This document shows, one piece after another, positions 12,401-26,500 of a DNA stretch of 64,000 nt (the first letter of the stretch is position 1; the number at the start of each line of letters is the position of its first letter). The position numbers and the translations under genes are program-made. Location of the stretch: NCBI RefSeq assembly GCF_000485595.1, contig NW_014577062.1, positions 726,027-790,026 of the forward strand, written 5' to 3'. The stretch comes from Priapulus caudatus (taxonomy: Eukaryota). Under the pieces are notes generated by a model that searched no databases, was not told the DNA's origin, and saw only the letters and a program-made list of their open reading frames with translations.

Positions 12401-14458
12401 ACGATGTGTTACTGAACTCACTGCAGCGCGCCATCGTACCATGCACACATAACTACACCAGGAAACACACGCACACTTGCACCCTAACACACACACACAT
12501 ACACAGTAAAGATCCACCTACATACATTATTAAAACATACGTGTCAAGTGAAAGAAAGATATGTGCAAAGGTAAATCAACTTGTGAAATGCAACATTGGT
12601 GGCTGTTTTCAGAACAATCAGTCATAAATAAATTGGGACTATGAAAAAACCCAAGCTTAATATTACAGTACAAAACGCTTTTACAGACAACGTGGTAGCA
12701 CGGCTAACAATTATGAGAATTTGGTAATAGCAATAACTGCTGTAAGATCGGTCTCCAATAATTGTTTGAGACAATTGCAACACTGACGACCTGTGCAGTA
12801 GTATTGCAGGATACGAGCACAAACAAAACATTCATGAGAACAAATGCTACATTTGTGAAGGTTTATTTTTGATACACTAGTTGCATTAGTGTTTGTGAGT
12901 TTTCATAAATAAAAGCATCAATGTCACAACTGTCATGTAGCTCACCTTGGGTGTGATAGAAGAGGGAGGGGGGATATATAAAGCAAGAGTATATATGGGA
13001 AAACTCCCATTATATAGCATATCTCCCATTATATATACTCTTGATAATGATCAATATATGCATGAGTTTTGATGTGAAAATAAATGTTTCAGATCTGAAA
13101 GTCTGAAATCTTGACGAGAGATGGCGCTACGCCTAAATGATCGCCGTTTTGGTTTTCGAATATCGTGCAAATAAAAACAATAAAATATTCCACGATGAAT
13201 GTAACGAAGAATCTAAAACACAATATTACACGTATATCCTGTATGATTGTAGAGTTGTTGACCAGTTAGATGAAATAAACGTAACAGGACGTTGTCATAT
13301 CTCCCATAGGAGTAACAACTGTTTTGGGACTAGCCTTACACATTCACATACCAAAATTTAACAAAATCGAATGAATTTAGATGGCCATTTTCATTTTTGC
13401 CAAAAAGTGGGCGTGGCTCGAAAGTATGTCGACTGGCGTGCTCCAAAATAGGAAATTCAAATCTCTCCCATAGGAGTAACAACTGTATTCAATTTGAAAC
13501 ATGTGGGTCAAACGGTTCTTGAGTTATCGTTGACCGTAGGCAGACACTGAAATGCATAGTAAAATTGCCAAAATCTACCTAATTTGCATAATTTAAAAAA
13601 AATATCAAAACCCGTATGATATGTTTTGGGGCCAGTCCATATTCATTCACATACTAGAAATGAGCAAAATCCGTTAAACCTGAATTGACATGGCCATTTC
13701 CATTTTTGCCAAAAAGTGGACGTGGCTAGAAAGTAGGTCGACTGGCGTACTCCAAAATAGGACGTTCAAACCTCTCCCATAGCAGTAACAACGGCATGCA
13801 ATTTGAAACATGTGGGTCAAACTGTTCTTGAGTTATCGTTGACTGTAGCAAAATGTTGACGGACGGACGGACGTACGACGGACGACACCACATGGCAATA
13901 GCTCATCTTGACGACGGACGGACGGACGGACGATCATGCGATTCTACAAGCTGCATCTGACTATGTCAGATGAGCTAAAAATGAACAGTAAAATGCCACA
14001 GTGAACCAAACACAAACTGGGAAAATTAGGAACATGCATACCGTATCCTTGATGATTTCAATGCTCGGTAAGCCGTCAGGTTTCTGAACACATGGTGGTT
14101 CCCATTGAAACTGGACGAGAAAGCTTCTATCGTATGCTTTCTTCCCAGACTTGTTCATCGGACTCCATTGACCTACAAATTGTCAAACATTCAAATTCAC
14201 TAGATTGTAATGTAATACTGGTATTCTAAAATTCCTTCGAGAAAATAACACTATAGCAGCATAACAAAGTCAAACAAAGGCACTTGTATATTGGTACTTA
14301 TGTAAGCCTGTCACATGGACATGAATAACACATTTTGACCTGACGTGTTGTTTCTGTTTTAGACAGATACATCATTTAACACAATCATGAATATACTTCC
14401 ATTAGACTTATTGTATGATTCCCGTCTAGCCGCCAAGGCTAACCGGTTTAACAACTAA

Positions 14459-14507
<49 letters not shown>

Positions 14508-17500
14508 TCAATTAACCAAAAACATACCGTCCTGATATTCATACTTCGGTCCGCCAATCACAGGTTTAGACTTTATCTCCTCATCTCCGCCTGCAGACTC
14601 CGCTGTACCGTTCATGTTATTCTCTAAGTTTTTCTCAGCAACCTGCAACACAGTGGGAACAAGACGTGGGTTTACAACAACAGCAAGAAACAGTGCTACC
14701 ACCATTTGCATTGGTGAATGAGGATTTTCATCGATGTTACCAGAACACATTCCTAAAAGAGTGCACTAATCTGATACTGCATTCAATCTCAAATTCAGAA
14801 TTCCACATGCTGTTCTGTCGCAATGCAATGCATCCAGTGTTGTTTTAACCTTCGTCGCAATACTAAAAATTTAAGACATTTGGACCTACATTATTGAAAT
14901 GACAAACTCTGAGAATGTGTTCAAAAGAGTAGTCTCATGTCCATCCTGTTGTTTTTGCATGTGTAAAAACCATGCGTGTATGTCAAGCTATGTGTATGTC
15001 AGGAGGATTGGTGACAGATAACACATGATACCAGTAGATTGCTGTGCTAACCGCAGCGTGACACTTTAGATTCCCGACCCTTGATGTACAGCAGAATTGA
15101 CATTTGAGTACAACCAGTTGATTGACAAATCAGTGCGTCTGGTTGGAATGCCGTGCACCGTTCATCTCGTTTCCATTAGATCCCTAAATATATGTACTAA
15201 CCTTTTCATCTACGCGGTTGAGCGCAGGCTTCTCCGGTTGAACAGTCTGCGGCTTAATCTGTTCTATGCTCTACAACATAAACGTAAAAGGGTCGTCAGC
15301 CACACAAATAAAGTGATTGCGTTAACGCTAAATAGTACAAATAAAAAAATATTTCCACTTTTTCACAAAATATAAGTAATTCTGTTTACTTTTTATGGTT
15401 AAATTGCTGCATTATACTTCCTGTTTTATTATATTGTTTGATGTGAACATACACTCGTGACTCATACATAGCCCATAGCAAGAAATTAATGTTGAGGACA
15501 TTAATATCAAATCATCCAGTTTTTTGGATTTTTAACTAGTTGAGAAACAATCTTATCAGGTAAGAATTTGACGATACGGATAGTCCCATTAATTCTTACT
15601 TTTAATGTAAAAAATGGCAATTTTTTTTATAAAATTTTACCATAGAAATTTCGTGACGTAATCACTTTAAATAATGCACTTCGCATTTATTTGTGGGAGA
15701 TATTTTTTGTGCAGAGAGGATGGACAATACCTGCGAGGTAAAACAGCTCACCTGGCGTCCAGAGAGGGGCTTGTGTGCAAGAACAGGCCCCTGCAAAGCC
15801 GGCTCTGGCTCCTTCTTGACGACATCCTCTGCACTGGGTTTCTCGACAGGTGCAGGAGAAGATACTCTCTGCAAACAAGACAAGACAACCCTTTCAGCAA
15901 CTGCCTGACAACTCATGTTGGAACACCGTCCGATTTAACCTGAGTAACAGTCAGACATGCAGTCATTAGCAGGCCCTTCAGGCTCACGCAAGTAACAGCT
16001 TCGATGGTGCATGTTCATTGTCTTACCGCTTCGCTATCTTTGACTCGGAATGCATCCATCTCGTCTCCTCCATCCTTGGATCCGGCCCCCTTCTTTAGAT
16101 CACGGCTACGTGCCTTGCCGCCATTCTTCTTGTTAGAGTCTTTCGCTGCAAAGCAAGTAATAACTATAAATTGCCTGTTAATGCAGACATATGCAAGTGC
16201 AATTACACTTGTCAGGCGATAAGAAATTTTGTTTAGTTTAATATTTCAGTTTCACCTGAAAACCTAGCCAGTCATACTTCTCTCCAATTTCAGGCAATTA
16301 AGTTACAACTAAAGTTTATCTTCTTTATATAGCTAAAAAAAAATCAATACAGCAATGCATAGTCCAATGGGCAGTGTTTTGGGCAGAATAAAATCCCAAT
16401 CGTATTTATCAATCAACTTTACGCCAAGCTATTAGTTTGCTGAAGTACAGCATTTAATTCCAACACAGCTTATGGCGCTGTCACACCAACGTATGAAAGC
16501 CAGCGTATACCGACGTATCAAAATTTCTCTAAAATGCTGGTATACGCTGAACTATCAATGCTTTTTTTAATTTTGGGCGTATACATAGCGTATTCATAAC
16601 AAGTTGGACGTATACGTTATGTATTAGTAACGTATATAGAACGTTTCGATAACTTATATAACTTATACCAACGAATGCTTAGCGTGTTGCCGGCGTTCAC
16701 AACTTATGCCCAACGAGAGTCTAACTTATGCATAGCGCGCGGCAGCATATCGCCGATGATCACATGTCATCTAATATATATTTGAGTTCGTATGTATGTA
16801 TGTATGTATGTATGTATGTATGTATGTATGTATGTATGTATNNNNNNNNNNAAACTGTTCTTGAGTTATCGTTGACTGTAGCAAAATGTTGACGGACGGA
16901 CGGACGTACGACGGACGACACCACATGGCAATAGCTCATCTTGACGATGTCAAGGAGCTCGCTAAAAATGCAGTTTACTAAGAAATCTTATATCTTAATA
17001 TTTATATAAATATCACACATATAATGATATAATTGTAGAACCTTCATGGTCTGCATTGAACTTTTTCAGAACTTTTGCAAATTTTCCGGAGACCGGTTTA
17101 TGACACATAGTTACGACTGTGTGATATTAGAAAAATATTCTAAAAAAGGTACCCAGGTTCAAGAACAATAACAAAATCTAGCACTGTTTTCATATGAAGT
17201 ATTGTGATGCCAGTTGCATACTGCATTTGCTACCAAAAACCTCAGGTGTGCACCTATAGGCTATAAAATAACTACTGGGAAATGTGTAGCGACAAGCAAA
17301 GAAAGTTTTTGGTAGGCAAGTTACAATTTTTAGTTGTAACGGCAAATCTACCAGGGATGGCACCAAAGATTGCAAAGGATTCAGAGATAAAGTCCCAAAA
17401 TGTGAGAGGAAGGGGGGGTAAAATCATATTGTGGGTAAGGGGCAGAGGTCAAAATTGGCAGGTCTCATTTTTCACAAATTTGAAGTAAAATATATAAAAA

Positions 17501-20500
17501 AATTTTTTTATAAAAAAACAAAATAAAAATCAGGAAATCATTGCAGTATCTATGATACTGATACATAGGGGGTCTAAACAGGCCTGTAATGCATGCCAGG
17601 TCCAGCACGCCTTAGCTGAAGGTGATTTGCGACATCCGACATGATCCATATCCACTGTCTGGCATTGCTTAATTCATGGGTTCTTAACCCGTGGTCCATG
17701 GCCGGGGGTCATGGGGTCCGTGAACCAGGCGCATAAAAATTCCGTGTTCATGTGCTTATGTGCATTTTTCTGGGTAAAGGGTCTGCTAGGACTGTCATCG
17801 ATACCCACCTCATCGTTAAATCGCGATGGATTTGCGTCCGATATCAATATCGAAATAAATCAAAATCCGATACAGTATATCACAATAAAGAGTTGGTACA
17901 TCCTTTTTCTGGTAAAAGAGTGTCGTTTATTACTTTTTGTGACTAAAATGTAGCCAGCGAAGCATCGGTAGCATTTTTGACTGAGCGCCGCCATTATCGG
18001 AAGTAGTGCAGAGCGCATGCATACAGAGACAATCAATAACTGTGGTGTTCTATTGTCTCTGGTGCGTATCCTGTCTCACTGATCTCTATAATAAAATCTG
18101 TCTACCGGAAAAGCATGTCTGCTGCTTCGCCATCGCCGCGACGCCAGGTCAATCTGTTTGAATTCAGGTAAATATACTTCGCCCATGTTGCATTTAAGCA
18201 CAGCGATGTATAAAATGCAATTATAGTTATCATAAGTAGAATACAATACATGTATTCTCAAATAAGTTATGTATGAGTTTACTGTACTTTCACGGCTCTG
18301 CATCAATATTTTCGTAGTTACGCAGGGGTTGAAATTAGAGTTTTATTATGGTATCCATATGGGATACCAAGTATTTGACTATTTGAGATCTGGTATCCCT
18401 TTTTTAGATAGTAATTTTAACAATGTTGGTATCCAAAACTTTGAAATAAGCAATAATAACGTTTCGCGCTTCTTCTCGTTCATCGCTCCCGGGCGATCGA
18501 TCTCTCGCGGACCCGCCAGCGAGCGACTACCGCTGGCGTTCGTTTTAGATACGGCCATATTAAATCGAATCGGATCGAATCTGATCGAAATATCGAAAAA
18601 AAACACCAATGACAGCCCTAGGGTCTGTAGCTTTCACCAGATTCTCAAAAGGTTACATGACTCAAAAAAGGTTAAGAACACTGCCATAATTGCTTAATCC
18701 AGATGCCTACATTTTTTTTTTTGCTGGTAACTTTTAACAATGCAAAAAACACCATAAATTCTAATTCAGTATATTTTACGTGTACATTTATCCCTTCATC
18801 CTGCCGATCATTTTCCTACAACAAGCGCCGTTGTTTTCCTACAACCTACGTCTTAGTTTACAGATGATTTTTTTTACATTACAAATTTATTAAACAGGTT
18901 GTTGTCTGCCGAGGTAACACTATTTTTCCCCAATGGAGGTGGGGCTGTAGCTTCCCCATATTTCCGATGACATAAACCATTCTACATGCTAAGAACACTG
19001 TTGTAGTAAAACAAGCCAGCTGTACGACTCTTCCTCTCAACAGATGGCAGCACTAAGTAGTATCCCAAAGCAGAGAACTAAAGGAGGCATACAACAGTAA
19101 GCATACGCAAATTGTTCCCCGTTGCACTATTTGGTTCTAGAAAAGACATTTTTTGGCCTTTTTTCGGTGAAATTCATCACTAGAGTGCACTCTTTTGCAT
19201 AATGAACGCAAGTAAGATGCCTCGTAGACGTCTAGAAAGCATTAGAAGTAAAATTGGTCTTGTCGTGTAGCCGTGACATTCCGTCACGTGGCGTAGCCAT
19301 GGTGACGGCTAGTCAATTTTGTGATTGAAATGCGATCACTGTTTGTAGAAATTTGCATCATAGAGCTGGCAAAAGTTTAAGCGGAGCATAGAGCGTGAAT
19401 CTGTAGTTATTTAACATGAATAAAGTGTATGTTGCGTATGCGGCGAAACAGTGTGAGTATTTAAAATCAATTTCTGTTCGATGCTTATTCAGGACTGCTG
19501 CCTATGGACGCCTTCTACTGTTGTACAACACCTAAATCAGTGTCCAATCAAACTCTGAAATTCGCTTTTTACTTACTATGATTGAGTTACTTGTGAAAAT
19601 GCTAAAATTCCTATCTTGAACCATATGGATGAAACGCTTGGAATGAACAGTTTCTATGACATTAACTAACTCACCTTCAAAAGATTCATTCTCATCATCT
19701 TTTTCTATTGAAGGACTCTTGCTTGGCACATTATCAGGTATGGTGCTATCCTTTCCAACAGATGGCACCACAGCTTCCTCCTCATTCCTTGCTGTGCTCG
19801 GCTTGGCTGGTTCAGCTGGCTTCGTCACAGCTTCAGCACTTTTCTCTTCTGCTGCCTTCACTGAAGGCCTTACTTCATCACTGGCTTCTGGTAATTTTGT
19901 TACTATGTCCTTCTCAGGAACAAGTTCCTTCTGGGGAGCAGGAGCTACGGCAGCTGCTGGCTCATCCTCCTGCTCCGGTAGCTTCACATCCGAAGCTTCA
20001 CAGGTATCTATCTGACTAGAAACCGCTTCTGGCTTTACACCTTCCGATTCCTTGGTGACAACGGGTGCGACGACAGGTGGCTCAGCGACCTTTTGCTCGG
20101 CTGTTTCAGGGATCGCAGCTACTGGCTCGGCCTGTTCTTTCACCACCAGCTCTGATTTCTGTACTGACAGCACAGGAGTCACTGCAGCCACCTCAACCTG
20201 TTCGACGGACAAAGACACCTGCGCGACTGGTGAAGACACTTGCTGTGTGGCTGGCAAAGACACTTCCTTTACAGAAGGTACCGAAGTTTCTTCTACGAAA
20301 GTTACTGGTGCTTCTTGTTTCGGCGCCGTAGGCATTTCCTCCTTCTGTGTTTCCGGTTTGCATGGTGCAGGCACTAACGTCGCCTGTTTCGGCGGTGCAA
20401 CTGGAGACTCGGATTTCTGTGAAACAGTCGACGCCACAGTCTCTTGTTTACATGGTGCTGTGTCAGGTACACCTTGCTTAAGCACTGGCTCCTGCTTTTG

Positions 20501-23500
20501 CAGTGGCTCCTGCTTTTGCAGTGGCTCTTGCTTTTGTGTTACCTCCTGTTTCTGCGTTCGCTCTGGTTTCAGGTCTGCTTTAGCAGCCACCATGCACTCT
20601 TCCTTCTTTGGAGGTGCCAGTGGAACCTCCTGTCTGAACTCGGAAACCGCCGGCTTTGCGGCTATTTCTTGTTTTGGCACCACCTTTGTTTCTGCCGTGA
20701 CAATGCACACATCTGGATTAGACATGGCAACTGTCATGGGAGCCATGCGTTTCTCTGTGGGGGCAGCAGCAGCAGGCGGGGCTTCTAGCACCGCAGGTGC
20801 TGGCTCAACCTCAGCAGTTTTTTGCATAGGTGGCGCAGGTAACGGTGGCTCCTTTACAGCCAGACCACTAGTCTCTGCTTCACTGCTGCTGATCTCCATG
20901 GGTAGACCGGTATTAATCATAGTAGTCGGGTAGTCGTCAGCTAGAGTTGCTGCAACTTGTCGTGCAAATTGAGATGCAACGTCTGGCGCTGCTTTGGCAG
21001 GGGGTGCTCCGGGAGGCTAAAAATAGTACAAGGTCATGTCAGCTCATGAAGCCAAACTAACCAAATACTTTTTTTCAACAATACCAACACCTATATAGCA
21101 AACTTGGTTCTTATTAAAATAATTACAAGCATGACTTATAGAATACACTGCACTCCACACCACTTCACTCACTCACTCACTCTCTCACTGACACATGGTT
21201 ACACTCCTGACAAAGGAGGTAGAGGGAGAAAAAGAAAGCAAACACACTCACATGCTGCGTGGCAAGTGGCGGTGTGTTACGCTGGCTGGAACCGCCTGAG
21301 GCAGACAATGAAGGTGGTGGAGTAGGCCGTCCACTGCTTCCACGACTACCACCACCACTACCACCCTGAAATACCAACACCAACAACATGTAAAGTAGCT
21401 GATTAAATGATCATTCCCCTTGCATATGGTCATAAATTTAATACTCGTACAAAACCGAGTTTATTGTAAATAATGCCCTCTGCTCTTGCCAAAAAATAGA
21501 GCTACAACATATAGTGGATTTTAACAATGAATTCTGCTGCACACGCTGATATGGAAAACCCAATACTACCAATCTACTACACACTACATTTGTACCTACT
21601 TTTTTTTTGGTAAAAGATCAAACTATAAGCAAAATTTAACAAGTACAGGCTAGTAGTGGGTCTATAGATAAGACTAGCTGTAGTCACAACCTCCACAAAT
21701 GACATTGTATCTGATATTCACATAATGATTTTTAAGAATGGCGTTGTCGAGTAAGGAGAGATGGCATTGCTTAGGCTATTTTACTCGTTTTAGCTCGATG
21801 CAAAGAAATCTGAATACCAACCTGTATGTCTGAAATCTCTCCCATGACATCTCTACCAGTGTCTGGATCGACTATAGATAAAGGTTTCTTTGTGCGGTGG
21901 GGCATGGAAGTCGCAGCCTGAGTCACGGACGGTGGCCTGGAGGGCTGCTGTGGTGGCATCTGTTGCTGCTGTTGTGGCTGCGGTGGCTGTGAGTAGTATA
22001 CTGAAAATTCAAGGGTGATAATGGTCAGTGATTAAGGTAAATTTAACCCCACGAATACTAAGTAAAGGAACTACCATCCATCATATTATCGAGTGCACAG
22101 AAAATGTAATACAACAAGCAGCAAGTATATATAAAAGATGTAATATAAATAGAGTTTAGATGCTCTTAAAAAACATTTAACACTAGATTTCCCTTACTAA
22201 TTTGAAAACAATATATCGAAAGCCTTGATTATGCAGAAAACAATCATTTGCAATGTGCTTACACCTAAACTTACACCGTAAAACCCTAATGCTTGAACTA
22301 TAAACACTGTACAATGTAAAGCCCCACCAGTAAAAGTCAAATAGACATCAGAGGGCCATTGTCAGAAACATCGCAAAGTGAATGCTAATGATAAGGCTAA
22401 GATAGCACTTACGACTAATGTTAATGTTACGAGAATAGAGTTGACAGAAACGCATCGCAGCTACTATGAGAAAACTTACGATAACAAGAATTTGATAATT
22501 TGCTGTCGCAAGGCTGCTGATTGGATGAGAAGCGATCACAAACCAAGTTCATACACATTTATTGTACAGCACAGCAATTTATTCATATTATCAGAAGTAG
22601 ATAATAGGAAAAGAGTGTGACTTCAATAAACAAGGGAAATTCGTCATTTACTAGCCTTAGAATACCTACGATTTACTATGCGTAACTCAACCAACTTGAG
22701 CTCAAATCGTACACAGTACATTCGCCTAGCATCGTGCAAAATAGTTTCCTCATATACACCTGCACAATCCGGAGATACAGACTAAAACGTACGACACGAT
22801 TATCCATTCTGTTGCCATCAATCCCAATGTATTTTCCGCGTAANNNNNNNNNNTGCGGGTGTATACGAGGAAACGATTTTGCAAGATGCTAGACGAATGT
22901 ACTGTGTACGATTTGAGCTCAAGTTGGTTGAGTTACGAGTAGTAAATCGTAGGTATTCTAAGGCTAGTAAATGACGAATTTCCCTTGTTTATTGAAGTCA
23001 CTCCTTCCCTATTATCTACTTCTGATATTATGATGGTTAACCACGTATAAATAATATCTGATGAAAAAAAGGACACTCATGAATTTGTTCTGAACAGCAA
23101 CATGAGTAGCAAGCTTCATGACTCAGCAAAATATCCAAAACAAGAGAACAAAACACCACTTGTAAAGGTTTGTTTTGTTGCATGATCGGTAGATAAGTAA
23201 TGTTTCCGACGTGTTTTCCATGAGAACGTTTTAATAGGTAATTAATATAAAATACAACATCACTATAATGGAAATTCTTTGTGGGAATGCGTTATTTTCA
23301 TTTTGTTCTTAAAGTTAAGAGGAAATTTTGCGAGGATTTTTCGTTCTCATAACTGAGAATGATATTTCTGTCAACGGTTTACGAGTCAGAGTTAATGTTA
23401 AGACTAATGTTAAGCCTCATTTTGTTTCTGACAACGGGCCCCAGATGTAACCAGTTTTTTAACCATAAAACTTCACACATATAACAATTATACAACTAAA

Positions 23501-26500
23501 ATTATAATGGGGCCTTCAATGTAATGTCAAACGAACTAGTATACAGCCTAGAAGCTTTGAAATGGTCACCAAGTAGTTCAATGTTAATGAGGCAATACAC
23601 TGCTTGCAGATAGCAAACAAACTATTGATTAGTAATAAGGAAATTTAGAAAAAAAAACTAGGTTTTGTTCCCTTCAGAAGTGGATAAATATGATACAGTG
23701 CTCAAGGTATCCAGTGACGAAAATTAACACTTGTACCAAAATTCCATCGTGAAGTCACTCACAATGTGAGGGTTTGTGTGAACATGTAAACATTCCACAA
23801 TCAGTGGAAGCACTGTTTTGAATGTTACAATTTAGCAAATATAATTCACTAACTGTTTCCTAGGGTCCCAATACATTTATTAACCCTAGCATATAAGCTA
23901 CTCCAACCTACATTTAAAACTGCTAAGAAAATATTGGAAAAGATTTCAGACTTCTTGCAGTTCTTTCCCAAAAATATTTACTTTGATCTTTAGGCTTATA
24001 ATGCATAATATGATAATAGAATGTCATTTTAGTGTCAATTTCTAACAACACGAATTGTAAACTTCGGTCCTTCGCGTGACAAGCTGGGCCCCTAATAATT
24101 TTACCTCAGGGGCACGGGCGTCTACTCCCTTGTTGGGCAAGTTTTCGTCACTGGGTATATTTGGAGGAGGCTAACCAATGTTAGTGATTATAGACAAGAA
24201 GGTTAACAACATTATATTATATTGCACAGTTTGCACTATGTGCCAAAATAAACAAGAAATTAAAAAGAGTCAGATCTACAGTAAGAACAAAATTAGGAAC
24301 ATTACTGACAGCATTGCTTCAACAATGATTCACATTTCTTTGGGAGTACGTTCGAAAAATGAAAGTTTAGGTGTTGAACAGATTTTGAGAGAGAAAGAGA
24401 AGAAAGAGGGGATATATATATATATATATATATACACATACACTTATAATAGGTATAATATATAACATACAGATGTACGTACATTGGGTTGCCGCCAACC
24501 TACCTGCCGGTTGACTAGCAGGGGACTGGTTTGTGAGGATGGTAGCGCCACTTGTAGGCATACTGCCTGTAGGCATATAGTAGTCCACACCCTGAGATGT
24601 GCCAGGCTGACCCATTTGACTTTGATATTGGCTAAATGATGGTCCGGTTCCTTGTAGAAAATTGGGCTGCTGCTGCTGCTGCTGTTGCTGACTCGGATAG
24701 GAAGCAGGTCTTTGCAACTGAAAAGACATGGTTCATCATGACACTAGGTAAAAACAGTTTCCATGGTTATGATTTTTCACACATTACTCAATGATCAATA
24801 TGGATTAGTACCCTCTGACAGCAAATGATTCACAAGATATTTATATGACCCATATGTCGAGCTTGGTAGGGCAGGTATCAAAGGGTAGACCGCTAAATTG
24901 ATAATGCTCAAGTGAAGCCATCAAAGTATCTACTGCACACAATCTGTTTCAACAATTTTTCATCAGCACTACTTTTCCTCATTATATTTTGACTTGCAAA
25001 ATTTTAGCCTGGACGAACTATAATAATTTTACAGTGTAAAAAATGAAATAAAATTAACATTTTTAACATAAGACTGAAAATGCACGCGCTCATGTAAACG
25101 CACCAAAAAAAAAGCACAAAAATTTGCAACAAAAGTAGCAAAACCTGAAATCACTTACTGCTACTCCTGGCTGTGGATTGTTCATATAGAAAAATGAATG
25201 GGGTACCATGGCCTGGCCAGGTAACAGCTGTGGGCCAGGGTACATCTGTTGCTGCTGTATCCCTGGCCCACCAGGAGCCTGCATCTGTTGCCGTGGGCCC
25301 ATCGCTTGTTGCCTTGACGTATAATACGCGTTCTGAAATTGCAAAAAAACACAACGTGCTTAGTAAAACGTACCGACTACTGCTCGTGACCCATACACAA
25401 CACGCCGTCAGTCAGTGCAGAAGATAGACAACGCGACAAACAACCGACGACTTCTGCTATCAACTTCTCATTTTCCTTAAAAAAACGAGAAAAACCTACT
25501 GTGTTCGACGGTGGCCGCTGCATCTGCTGCTGTTGGTACATCTGGTTGCTCGCCTGGCTGGAGGTAACCATGTTGGGGCCCTGCGGCGGCGTCGACCCTT
25601 GCATGGCCTGAGCGGCGAGCTGTTGCGCGTTCATGTCATGGGAGCCGATGGCAGAACCCGGTATCTGTATAGGAACTGCTTGCCGGACCTGTCCATACAC
25701 AGACGACGCAGGCACGTACATGAAAATGCAACGAGAATTCCAAGCATCGATTCTCAGGCAAAGGGGAAGGACTGTCTTCTTGGAAGTGTGTCACACAACT
25801 TGCATTTCTGTGCACTAAAATGCAGTGTCTGGGGTGGCAGCCATACACCCACAGGCACTTGGACCGTTTCAATAATAAAATGATGGTTAATAAATACAAC
25901 TTGTCAGTAGCCTACTACTACAGTACCAGCAATAGTCTTAATGTTTGATTTGACCTAATAACTTCACTTCAACACCGTTAAATACACCGATGCAACACAT
26001 AGCCCGCACGCCATTGTGCATGCACAGATACACAGTAGATAGGAGAAGGTAAGAAAGCGTGTTCACAGAAATTCCAGAACGCTCCACTTTTGTCGCAGCA
26101 CTAGAGGAGAAATACACGTCCAAACGCCATGATATTGCCATCTGTGTGTAGCTGAATGGTCACTTGTTCGAAATATACGTCTTGCAACTTGGTACCACAC
26201 ACTTTACCCAGAATTATATGAGAAATCCTGTTCGAATTTGCCGCAAATTTCCCATGAAGCCGATTTGTAAACCGGACCAACATGCCGGAAATCCCTAACT
26301 GCTCTATTATATCCTTTGACCAATCACGATAGTCGCCCGTGTGACGTCACTTTGCGCGAAATACGACAGCCGCGAAATGCGCCGGCGGCGAGGCATCCGG
26401 GTACCCTGGGGTTGGCGTCGAGGCTCGTTTTGGAGTTGGGCAGGCGGATGCAACTCCTCCCAGAGTGCAATGCGCCGCCATTGCTCATGTACTTGTCCGG

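Noticed and set aside
19656..20933. Plus-strand ORFs up to 293 aa
   Set aside because: Antisense shadows of the low-complexity eIF4G exon
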